This document shows positions 45,428 through 58,857 of a DNA stretch of 64,000 bases, in pieces. A model generated the notes under the pieces. That model saw only the letters and a program-made list of their open reading frames with translations, was not told the origin of the DNA and made no database searches. Numbering within the stretch: position 1 is the stretch's first letter; each line of letters begins with the position of its first letter. The position numbers were made by a program, and so were the translations under genes. This stretch comes from Octopus vulgaris. Taxonomy: Eukaryota. The stretch spans positions 62,744,001-62,808,000 of the forward strand of contig OX597833.1 of NCBI GenBank assembly GCA_951406725.2. Reading direction: 5' to 3'.

Positions 45428-45497
45428 CGAGCAGTTACTGTCTATATCCCTTTTAGAGAATTATTATTGCTATATATATATATATATATATAATATA

Positions 45498-45575
<78 letters not shown>

Positions 45576-45830
45576 GCAATAATAAAATCTCTGAACGAGA
45601 TATAAACAGTAGCAGCACGGCTTTGTGAAATATATTTGCCACCTAAATGTGGCTGACCCATACGGGACGATACTACTGTAGTTTATAGCCCGAGGAAGAC
45701 ATCTCCTCCAGCTGGCTAACAACACACTGTCTGTGCTCAATTAGTTTTTGCGAAGGGAAGTCATTGTTCCCATCTCTAGCCTTACGGGATACACATAGAC
45801 CTGGGTTTCTGAGTAGTAACCCGTCATCCA
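45576..45830 (-). mobile_element. Diverged relative of the palindrome arm (Penelope-like terminal repeat with hammerhead remnant)
   Basis: Collinear motifs shared with 45252-45470, both ending TTATTATTGC at a microsatellite. Confidence 0.55.
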
Positions 45831-45864
45831 TAGTAACCCATGTATATTTATATACATATATATA

Positions 45865-46345
45865 TCATCATCATCATCATAATCATCGTTTAATGTCCAC
45901 TTTCCATGCTAGCATGGGTTGGATGATTTGACTGAGGACTGGTGAACCAGATGGCTGCACCAGGCTCCAATCTTGATCTGGCAGAGTTTCTACAGCTGGA
46001 TGCCCTTCCTAACGCCATCCACTCCAAGAGTGTAGTGGGTGTTTTTTTATTTGCCACCGGCACGAGAGCCAGTCAGGTGGTACTGGCAACGGCCATGCTC
46101 AAATGGTGTTTTTTACATGTCACCTGCACAGGAGACAGTCCTGCGGCACTGGCAGCGACCTCGCTCGAAAGGTTTTTCACATGCCACCGACACAAGTGCC
46201 AGTAAAACCGTGCTGGTAACGATCATGTTTGAATGGTGCTTTTTACATGCCATGGGTGCGGAAGCCAATTAGCTGCTCTGGCAACGATCACACTCAGATG
46301 GTGCTTTTAGCGCTCCACTAGCATGGATGCCAGTCATCGAATTTG
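45865..46345 (-). mobile_element. RTE LINE 3' UTR copy (others at 49018-49166, 51102-51350, 52925-53262, 54963-55155, 59862-60097)
   Basis: (CAT)n-CGTTTAACGTCC..TTCTACAGCTGGATGCCCTTCCTAACGCCAACC; same sequence lies downstream of the RTE ORF stop at 55637. Confidence 0.75.
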
Positions 46346-47165
46346 ATTTCGATATATATATATAAGAGATATACACACACGTACACTTCAGTCTCTTACA
46401 TACATACATCTGTGTTCGTGTGCACACCTCCAATTTTCACAAATCTGTCCATAATCACTATTTGTTTGTCCGAAAGAAAATGTAGCAGACATATTTTGGT
46501 TTTTCCTCTATCTTCTCTGTCTATAGAATTCATCCTTCTGGGACATGTGTACTTACAGCAACAGCAGCAGTGCTGTCCAAGAATTTGGACCTGGAGATCT
46601 CCATTTCCAGTGAATTCGATGGCCAACCCCCAGTGGTGTCGGGCGTCAACGAAGAGCCCTCGACTACAACAAGACGACCAAAGTTTTTGTTTTTTTTCCA
46701 AGGTCTGGGGTCTCCCGCCCCTAAGCCCTAGACCATCACCTAATCACCCTTACCCGACTTGTTGCTTAACAACAATATCAACAGCAGCAGCAGCAACAGT
46801 AGTAATAGTAGTAGTAGTGGCTTATTGCTTAGAGCATTGGGCTCATAGTGTGGTAGTAAGTTTGATTCCTGGACTGGGCTTTGTATTGTGTTCTTGAGCA
46901 AGTCACTTCATTTTCATTTTGCTCCAGTTCGCTCAGCTGTAGTAATGAGTTGCAACATCGCTGGTGCCAAGTTGTGTATCGGCCTCTGTCTTTCTCTTGG
47001 ATGAATTCTGTGGCATGGCGAAGTGGGGTGGGTGCTTGTATGCATGAGTGGCTCCTGGTTTTTCATAAACAACCTTGCCTGGACTTGTTCCTGGGAGGGT
47101 AACTTTCTCGGTTCAATCCCATGGTCATTCATGATCAAAGGGAGTCTTTTTAGTGGCAATAGATA

Positions 47166-47207
<42 letters not shown>

Positions 47208-47622
47208 TAGTAGTAGTAATTGTTGTACTAGTAGTAATAGTAGCAGTAGCAGTTGTAGTTATACTAGTTGTAGTAATAGTAGTGCCAGTAGTAATAGTAG
47301 TGGTAGTGGATGTAGTAGTAGTGGTGGTGGTGGTTGCAGTAGTAGTAGTAGTAGTAGTAGTAGCTGTGATGAAGATGGCAACGATGATAACAATAGCGAC
47401 AATGAAGTTATTGTTGATGGTGAAGATGATGATGATGATGATAATGAAATTGTTGATGATGATGATGATGATGATCATGATGACAACAATGACAATAACA
47501 ACATCGAAATTGTTGTTGTTGTTGATGATGATGATGGTGGTGGTGGTGATGATGGTAGTAACAATAGCAACAATGAAATTGTAGTTTATGATGATGATGA
47601 TGATGATGGATGATGATGATGG

Positions 47623-47668
<46 letters not shown>

Positions 47669-47955
47669 GGTGATGATGGGTGATGATGATGATGGTGATG
47701 ATGATGATGATGATGATGGTGATGGTGATGATGACGATTCAAGCACCGTTCTCCCAAGAGCGTGTTTTCCTCAACAGGACAACATAACGAGCCTTAATCT
47801 ATTTCTGTCCATTAAACCACTTCATAACCGGACTTAATCCTCAATTGTGTGTCTATATTATTAGATTAGAAAACTAATTACTACCAGATTATGTCATGAG
47901 ATTGCAAAACAGAATTTGTAAGTGGGTGTGCATTGCTCACAGCTCACCCACTTGA

Positions 47956-47994
<39 letters not shown>

Positions 47995-48104
47995 ATCTGT
48001 ATGTACACACACACATATATATATACATGTGCATATATATATATATATGCTAGCATGGAAGCCAGACGTTAGACGATGATAACGATATATATATATTATT
48101 TATG

Positions 48105-49012
<908 letters not shown>

Positions 49013-49622
49013 TATATATCATCATCATCATCGTTTAACGTCCGTTCTCCATGCTAGCATGGGTTGGACGGTTCGACCGGGGATCTGGGAAGCCAGAAGG
49101 CTGCACCAGGCTCCGGTCTTATCTGGCAATGTTTCTACAGCTGGATGCCCTTCCTAACGCCAACCAATATATATGCATATATGGGTACAGGACGTCACCA
49201 ACAGCAAACAACTTGAAATATGGAACCAAAAGATTTGAATATACAAACAACAAGAGAAACAAATGGAAAGCAGGACAAGTAACATAAAGAGCAACCCTTC
49301 ATCAGTTTCCGTCTACCAAATCCACTCACAAGGCTTTGGTTAGCCCGAAGCTATGGTAGAAGACACTTGCCCAATGTGCCACGCAGTGAAACTGAACCTG
49401 GAGCCGTGTGGTGCGTAAGCAAGCTACTTACCACACAGCTACTCCTGATAATCCTTCCTACTATAGTAGGACCCTAGTAGTCAACTGGTACTTATTTTAT
49501 GGACCCTAAAAGGATGAATGGCAAAGCCAACCTCAGAAGAATTTGAACTCAGAACCTAAAGACGGATGAAATGCCACTAAGCATTTTGCCTGGTTTGCTA
49601 ACAATTCTGCCACCTTGCTGCT

Positions 49623-49680
<58 letters not shown>

Positions 49681-49786
49681 AGTAACTCTCAGAGCACCAC
49701 AACAAACCACAGCACATACCCAAGGCACACAGAGCTGCGCACACGGTAGTGAAGTCAAAGCATGCTATAAAAATAAAACTCCTGAA

Positions 49787-49830
<44 letters not shown>

Positions 49831-49938
49831 ATAATAATATTAATAATAATAATAATAATAATAATAAAAATAATAATAGTAATAATACTACTACTATTAC
49901 TACTACTACTACTACTACTACTAATAATAATAATGATG

Positions 49939-50014
<76 letters not shown>

Positions 50015-50226
50015 GACAATTTGTTCTGATGAGAAATATCTTACTGAAGAATTTCAATCAACATGAAGGACCAGAATAAACCAGAACCAACCGAAAACCT
50101 GTCAGCACTTGTAGCAAAGACCAATATTCCAGCTGTGTTTTAGTCCCTCTTTTGTATAACTCCTCTGCCTCTCTCCCCCACCCATCTTTTCATCCTCACA
50201 CATTCCCTCCCTTTCTCTCCCCTCCC

Positions 50227-50261
<35 letters not shown>

Positions 50262-50268
50262 CAAATAC

Positions 50269-50364
<96 letters not shown>

Positions 50365-50451
50365 GTATATATATATGTATATATATATATGTATATATAT
50401 ATATGTATATATATATGTATATATATATATGTATATATATATGTGTATATA

Positions 50452-50503
<52 letters not shown>

Positions 50504-50511
50504 TATATGTG

Positions 50512-50550
<39 letters not shown>

Positions 50551-50582
50551 CTTTCTCTCTCTCTCTCTATTTATATATATAC

Positions 50583-50620
<38 letters not shown>

Positions 50621-50808
50621 TTATCTCTCTTTCTCTCCCTCAGACATTCGGAAGGTTGGTGTCTCGACATGTGTTGATTACCTCAACCATAAGTGTCATT
50701 TGATACCAATCAGTTAAATATGCCGAGGAAATAACTTAGGGATGCCATCTGCATGGGAAAAGCAACAGCTATGTTGGTGTTGACATATTTAACTGTAGGC
50801 AACATTAA

Positions 50809-51027
50809 CCCCTTTTGTTATTATAATTCCTTTGAAACATAGTCTAAGTTCCAATTAAGTTTCAAAATTGTATGGGATTTAGTTAACTAACTTTGTTATT
50901 AATAAGCTGGTCTTCAGTGCATAAATTAACATATTTTAATGGAAGGTTTTTAATTAAGATTACTTTAAAGCAGGAAGTATGAATTATAGAACTGTAGGGG
51001 GTCACAGGCTGGCTGGCATCAAATGGG
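50809..51027. mobile_element. piggyBac-type MITE (old)
   Basis: TTAA|CCC...GGG|TTAA ends with short imperfect TIRs (CCCCTTTTG / CAAATGGG). Confidence 0.5.
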
Positions 51028-51358
51028 TTAACCCCTTACAAGGAATAAACTTGTTCATACATTTTTTTGAGCGATTTTTTGGAAACAAAAACAAATTAAA
51101 TCATCATCATCATCATCATCGTTTAACGTCCGTTTTCCATGCTTGCATGGGTTGGATGGTTCAACCGGAGTCTGGGAAGCCACGAGGCTGCACCAGGCTC
51201 CAGTCTGATCTGGCAGTGTTTCTACAGCTGGATGCCCTTCTTAACGCCAACCACTCCATGAGTGTAAGTGGGTGCTTTTTACGTGCCACTGGCACAGGGG
51301 CCAGGGGAGGCTGGCAACGGCCACGATTGGTTGGTGCTCTTTACATGCCAATAATAAT

Positions 51359-51733
51359 CAGGAGTGGCTGTGTGGTAAATAGCTTGCTTACCAACCGCAT
51401 GGTTTCGGGTTCATTCCCACTGTGTGGCACCTTGGGCAAGCGTCTTCTACTATAGACTCGGGCCGACCAAGGCCTTGTGAGTGGATTTGGTAGACGGAAA
51501 CTGAAAGAAGCCCATCGTATATATGTATATATGTATGTGTGTGTGTGTATGTGTTTGTCCACCTAACATTGCTTGACAACCGATGCTGGGTATGTTTACG
51601 TCCCCGTAACTTAGCAGTTCAGTAAAAGAGACCGATAGAATAAGTACTAGGCTTACAAAGAATAAGTCCTGGGGTCGATTTGCTCCAGCATGGCCACAGT
51701 CAAATGACTGAAACAAGTAAATGAGTAAAAGAG
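51359..51733 (+). mobile_element. SINE family A (further copies ~53880-54270 +, 60460-60825 -)
   Basis: Identity to the reference copy. Confidence 0.88.
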
Positions 51734-51784
51734 TAATGTGTCCATCTGTTTTAATTTAATTAAATTCTATGTTTATATATATAG

Positions 51785-51846
<62 letters not shown>

Positions 51847-52272
51847 CTGTGTGTGTATCTGTGTTTGTCTCCCCTTCCGTCGCTTGACAACCAATGTTGG
51901 TGTGTTTACATCCCTGTAACTTAACGGTTTGGCAAAAAGGACCAACAGAATAAGTACTAGATTTACAAAGAATAAGTCGTGGGGTTGATCAGTTCGACTA
52001 AAGGCAGTGCTCCAGCATGGCTGCAGTCAAATGACTGAAACGGGTAAAAGAATAAAAGAATAGAAGAATGGAACCAATTTATGTCTAATGCTAACCACTT
52101 TGCAGAGTGTACAGAGTGCTTTTCCCATGGGACTTGCAAGATAAGATCCCTTGATTGGGGGAGGGAGGATTATTGAGGGTTTTGTGCCAGGTGATATGAA
52201 GTTAAAGTATGGCAGAGGGAGAGAAACAGGTGTCTTGGCTGTAGAGGTGGTGCATGGCTGTCCCAGTTGTAA

Positions 52273-52303
<31 letters not shown>

Positions 52304-52520
52304 GCAGAGAAAGGGAGAGAGAGGGGAGACAGAGAGAGGCAGAGAAAGGGAGAGAGAGAGGAGAGAGAAAGGGGAGAGAGAGGCAGAGAAAGGGAGAGAG
52401 AGGGGAGAAAGGGGAGAGAGAGAGAAATATTGGTGGAGAAAATGTGTTGGGGTTGTATCCTCAAGTTATAGGTAAAGGGGTATATATATATATATATATA
52501 TATGAGTGAATATAACATAT

Positions 52521-52573
<53 letters not shown>

Positions 52574-52858
52574 TATTATATATATATATATATAAGCGGT
52601 ACAGAAAATTGGTTAGTGTGTGAGTTGGTGGATAAGTTCACGAGAGTGCGAAAGGTAAGTGGGAGATGGAGGGGAGGGGGAATGCAGTGCGGTAGCGGAG
52701 GGGAGGAGGGAACAAATGGAGTGAATGGGGTGTTTTAGGAGGGTATATTGTGTGGGGGGGAAAAGATTCATCAGGGACAGATTATGTGCAGGTAAAATAA
52801 GCAAGACTGCGAGATGGGAATGGAAGACAGAATGGGGAAGACAGGTAGAGGAAGTGAC

Positions 52859-52928
<70 letters not shown>

Positions 52929-53257
52929 TCATCGTCATCATCATTTAATGTCTGCTTTCCATGCTTGCATGGGTTGGATGATTTGACTGAGGAATGGTGA
53001 ACCAGATGGCTGCACCAGGCTCCAATCTGATCTGGCAGAATTTCTACAGCTGGATGCCTTTCCTAATGCTAACCACTCCAAGAGTGTAGTGGGTGCTTTT
53101 ACATGCCACCGGCATAAGTGCCAGTAAAGCGACGCTGGTAATGATCACGCTCAAATGGTGCTTTTTATGTGCCCACCGGCATGGAAGCCAGACAGCTTCT
53201 CTGGCAGTGATCCCGCTTGGATGGAGCTGTTAGCGCTCCACTGGCATGGGTGCCAGT

Positions 53258-53286
<29 letters not shown>

Positions 53287-53292
<6 letters not shown>

Positions 53293-53879
53293 GCAGTGAA
53301 TAAAATGTCGTCCAAATTACACAAAAATGAAAATAACACAGACATCTCATTTTAACAGATATATTTATCAACATTACATAAAAATATCTTGAAATACTAA
53401 AGAGTAAATTTATTCAATAAAATCGCCATTGGCTTAGACCACTGCCTCCAGACAACTTTGGAATCTCCTGCAACTCTTCTGGACAGTCTCCTTGTTTAAG
53501 TTGGTGAATGCTGCCATAATCCTTGCCTTCGGTTCATTTTTGGTGTTACAAGGAGTTCTGCTGGTCTTTTTGTTCAACTGCACCCCAAACATAATAACCA
53601 AGGGGGTTGCAATCTGGGGAGTTAAGGTGGCCAGATGTTTGGGCTGGTGTGATTGCAGAAATTGTCTGACAGTAATGAATGTATTTTCCTGCTTGTGTGG
53701 AATGCTGCAATGTTCTGTTGCCAGACATAGGGTCTTCCCTCTTGACCGAGGACAGCACTATTTCCTCCAGGCACTTGATGTAAGCCTCCGTGTTGAGTCT
53801 GAAGCTGTGTGAGAAGATCAATGGAGGCACTCCAAACAGAATGATGTTGGCTGGCTGTTTGATTTTTATGACTCTTGGA
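53287..53879 (-). mobile_element. Second DD37D/maT transposon 3' fragment
   Basis: Collinear with 40120-40740 (NSPDCNPLGYYVWGAVEQ; same 3' UTR and terminus); cut by a SINE at 53880. Confidence 0.88.
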
Positions 53880-54324
53880 ATGACTGTGTGGTAAGAAGGC
53901 TTGCTTACCAACCACATGGTTCCGGTTTCAGTCCCACTGTATGGCACCTTGGGCAAGTGTCTTTTTCTATAGCCTCACTAAGCCTTGCGAGTGGATCTGG
54001 TGGATGGAAACTGAGAGAAGCCCATATATATATATATGTGTGTGTGTGTATCTATATATGGCAAAAGAGTTTTAAAAAATACAAGGTGAATATATATCTC
54101 TGTGTGTTTGCTGGTGCATTTAAATCCCTGTAACTTAGCAGTTCGGCAAGAGGGACCGATAGAATAAGTACCAGGCTTACAAAGAATAAGTCCTGGGGTT
54201 GATTGGCTCGACTAAAGGCGGTGCTCCAGCATGGCCGCAGTCAAATGACTGAAAGAAGTAAAAGCATAAAGGAATATATAATATATACATACATACATAC
54301 ATATATAAATATATATATATATAT

Positions 54325-54388
<64 letters not shown>

Positions 54389-54601
54389 GAGGTTGAAAGA
54401 AAGAGAGTGAGAAGTATTTTGCTTCAGACAAACAAACTCATTCTCTTGCTTCTTTACTTTCCTCATAGATGGCGCCAGCATGCATTCGTGTAGAAATAAT
54501 CGCTCCACTGACTCTGCATTAAATGACGAAGACAATCTCTGAGAAAATTGTGGCTTGAGCATTAGCTTGGAAACAAGGGGAAAAACAGTGAAATGTTAAA
54601 T

Positions 54602-54656
<55 letters not shown>

Positions 54657-54857
54657 AGAGAGAGAGATAGAGATAGAGATAGAGATTGAGAGAGAGACAG
54701 ACAGACACAGAGAGAGTATGTGTGCATGTATGTATATATGTATGTATGCATATATATATACATATATATATATAATATATATATATATATATACATTATA
54801 TGTATATGTACATGTACATACATATATATGTATATATATATATGTACATATACCCAT

Positions 54858-54908
<51 letters not shown>

Positions 54909-55176
54909 TACAAAATCATCATCTTTTAAAGTCCATGTTTCACATATATATGTGTGTGTGTATCATCATCATCATCATCATCATTGCTCAATGTCTGCCT
55001 TCCATGCTCGCGTATGTGGGACAGAGCTGACAGGAGCCAGCCAGGCAGAAACCTGTACCAGGTTCCTGTCTGAATTCTGCTTTGTTTCTACATCTGGATG
55101 CCTTCCTTAATGCCAACCACTTCAAGAGTGTCATGGGTGCCTTTTACATGTCACCATGCATGTATATACATATACC

Positions 55177-56550
55177 ATCATCATCATCATCCTCATCATC
55201 GTTTAACGTCTGTTTTCCATGCTAGCATGGGTTGGACGGTTCGACTGGGGTCTGGGAAGCCAGGAGGTTGCGCCAGGCTCCAGTTTGATCTGGCAGTGTT
55301 TCTACAGCTGGATGCCCTTCCAAATGCCAACCACTCTGTGAGTGTAGTGGGTGCTTTTTACATGACACCGGCACAGGGGCCAGAGGAAGCTGGCAAACGG
55401 CAATGATCAGTTGGTGCTTTTTACGCATTACTGACACGGACGCCAGTCAGGTGGCGCTGGCATCAGCCACGTTTGGATGGTGCTTTTTACGTGCCACCGG
55501 CACGGGTATACAACTACAATATCCATTTCATTTTTATTTTGATGTTGATGTACTTGATTCAGTATGTCTCCTGACGCACAGTAGCTCGCCCTACAATCCA
55601 AGGTTAGCACAGCAGGCCATCCTGTGAGCCATGAACTCACTTCATATGTCGGGTCTTCGCTGTCACAGCATATCTCCAGAGGTCTCGGTCTTTTGTCATA
55701 GCCTCTGTGAGGCCCAACGTTCGAAAGTCATGCTTGACCACCTCATCCCAAGTCTTCCTGGGTCTACCTCTACCCCGGATTCCTTCAGCTGTTTGGGAGT
55801 GGCACTTCTTCATACATCTCTCCTCATCCATCCATAGTACATGACCATACCAGCGCAAACATCTCTCTTGCACGCCACATCCGATGCTTCTTATGTCCAA
55901 CATTTCTCTCAGGGCACTTACACTCTGTCGTGCATGCATACTGACATTACACATCCAGTGGATCATGCTAGCTTCATTTCCTTTGAACCTATGCATGTCC
56001 TCCACAGTCACAGCCCATGTTTCATTGCCGTGAAGCATGGCAGTTCACACACATGCGTCGTACAATCTACCTTTCACTCTGAACGAGAGACGCTCTGTCA
56101 CTAGTAGGGGAAGAAGCTTTCTAAACTTTGCCCTGGCTCTTCTTATTCTAGTGGTAACACTCTCTGAGCATCCACCCCTACTACTAACTTGGTCACCTAG
56201 GTAGTGGAAACTATCAACTACTTCTAGTTTCTTCCCCTGGAGTCTAATGGAATCTGTTTTCTGAGTATCTGTGGTGTCTATTGCCCCTGTGCATCTGCCA
56301 CACATGAAAGCTATCTTCTTGGTTAATTTTCCTTTAATGTTGCTGCACCTCTTATGTGTCCATAGCTTACACTAGGTACATCTTATGGAGTTTCTACCTA
56401 CACCTTTTCTACAGATTGAGCAGTGCTACCTACCTATGGAGGTGTGTGGTGAGTTTGCCTTCCTACTTACTAGAACTTTGGTCTTTGCTACATTGACTCT
56501 AAGGCCTTTTGATTTTAAACCTAGCTTCTACACACAAAATTTCTTTTCTA
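55177..56550 (-). mobile_element. 5'-truncated RTE-clade LINE (ORF remnant 55637-56550 plus 3' UTR and (ATG)n tail)
   Basis: CSICRKGVGRNSIRC..HKRCS..CGRC Cys-rich insert, VVDSFHYLG, LYDACV..MLHGNETWA, LRWYGHV, RGRGRPRKTW motifs typical of RTE; internal stops. Confidence 0.9.
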
Positions 56551-56591
56551 GATAATTTTCTGTCAAAGAGCATAGGCTCGAAACGTAAAAG

Positions 56592-56870
56592 ATAATCTAC
56601 ATATGGAAAGCTCTAGAAGGGCTAATACCTAATTTTGGCATTGAGTGTTATACAAATGACAGAACTGGATGTCATTGTATTATACCAAAGGTACCATCCA
56701 CTCCATCTAAATTCAGGACCAGGTACTGCAGTAGTCTAGGGCTCAAAGGCTCACAGCTCTTCAATGTCATGCAATAAAAATTAAGAAATCTGCATAAGGT
56801 GGAAGTAGATGTCTTCAAAAAGGAAATAGACATCCTCCTCTTCACAATACTGGATGAACCAACAGCCTGA
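56592..56870 (+). mobile_element. CR1-group LINE ORF2 C-terminal fragment
   Basis: IIYIWKALEGLIPNFG..RTGCHC..KGSQLFNVMQ*KLRNL..FKKEIDILLFTILDEP. Confidence 0.75.
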
Positions 56871-57024
56871 CATGAGGTGCAGACGAGGGGAGAGGAATCA
56901 AACAACAGCTGGGACAAAGGAACACACAGGAGTGGGGATGTGAATCATCCCAGACATATATACTCTTTTACTCTTTTACTTGTTTCAGTCATTTGACTGT
57001 GGCCATGCTGGAGCACCACATATT

Positions 57025-57075
<51 letters not shown>

Positions 57076-57802
57076 ATATATATATATATTGGATATATGT
57101 TATCCCATGGAGGGTTGCATTCACAACCCCTATCTCAATTTGTATATATATATACATACATACACACATGCATACACACACATATATATATATACATACA
57201 TATGTATATACATGCATCTATATTGATATGTGTATATATATGCATATATGTGTATGTGTGTGTGTGTTTCCAGTATTCATGCATTTTTCATGCAATAATT
57301 GCTGGGGATGGGCATTGTTTTTTCGGGATTTTCTTAGTCATTTAGTTCCGTTTTGTTCCCTCACAATACTATTGGTGCCTTTGTCTTCACAGCTGGATAC
57401 TTTTCCCAACCTCGTCCCTCCCCCCATCCCTCTCCTCCCACACCACCTCTCTCCCCCCGCCATACTTTCTCTATCTCTCCCCCTGCCTGAAACCGCTCGA
57501 CTGTGAAGTCACACTTAAAGTTGTTTTGCCACTGAGGCCCCGAGATGAAGGGTGCAGACATAATATAACTATGGCTGGGCCCAGATAGAAGTAGAGCTCA
57601 CACTGAGACACACAGACACACGCATGCACACACAAGCACACCTATGAACAGAGGAATAGCTGTGTGGTTAAGAAGCTTGCTTCCAAACCATATGGTCTTA
57701 GGTTCAGTCCTACTGCGCTGCACCATCGTCAAGTATCTTCTACAATAGGGATATGCTGAGCAAAGCTGATAAGTGGATTTGGTAAATGGAAAGATGCCTA
57801 TA

Positions 57803-57880
<78 letters not shown>

Positions 57881-57882
<2 letters not shown>

Positions 57883-58305
57883 TGCAGGAGTGGCTGTGTG
57901 GTAAGTAGCTTGTTTACCAACCACATGGTTCCGGGTTCAGTCCCACTGCGTGGCACCATGGGCAAGTGTCTTCTACTATAGCCTCGGGCCGACCAAAGCC
58001 TTGTGAGTGGATTTGGTAGACGGAAACTGAAAGAAGCCTGTCGTATATATGCATATGTATATATATATATATGCATGTGTGTGTTTGTGTGTCTGTGTTT
58101 GTCCCCCCTAGCATTGCTTGACAACCGATGCTGGTGTGTTTATGTCCCCGTTACTTAGCGGTTCGGCAAAAAGAGACCGATAGAATAAGTACTGGGCTTA
58201 CAAAAAGAATAAGTCCCGGGGTCGAGTTGCTCAATTAAAGGCGGTGCTCCAGCATGGCCGCAGTCAAATGACTGAAACAAGTAAAAGAGTAAAAGAGTAA
58301 AGAGT
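57881..58305 (+). mobile_element. SINE family A, full-length, young (CpGs intact)
   Basis: Near-identical to 20897-21304, in (TA)n. Confidence 0.92.
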
Positions 58306-58468
58306 ATATATATATATATAGGCGTAGCTATATACAGCCACTCCTATACATAGTTCCAAGTTCAGTCCCACCGTGTGGCATCCTGCGCAAGTGTCTCCTA
58401 GTATAACCTTGGGCCAACCAAAGCCTTGTGAGTGGATTTGGTAGACGGAAACTGAAAGAAGCCTGTCG

Positions 58469-58503
<35 letters not shown>

Positions 58504-58771
58504 ATGTCTTTACTTTCTGAGTTCAAATTGTGTTGGGGTTGACTTTGCCTTTCAGTCTTTCGGGGTCGATAAATTAAGTACCAGTGATACACTGGGGTTG
58601 ATGTAATCGACTGATACTCTCCTCCAAAATTTCCGGCCTTATGCCTTTAGACAAAGGATTATTATTATTATTATTGTTACTGTTATTATCATAATTATTA
58701 TTTTCTTGTTATTGTTGTTGCTCTTCTTCTTCTTCTTCTTTCTTCTTCTTCTTCTTCTTCTTCTTCTTCTT

Positions 58772-58857
<86 letters not shown>

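Noticed and set aside
49285-49310. CTGATGA on the minus strand as a hammerhead core
   Set aside because: No GAAA or stem III at a suitable distance; lies at a SINE junction
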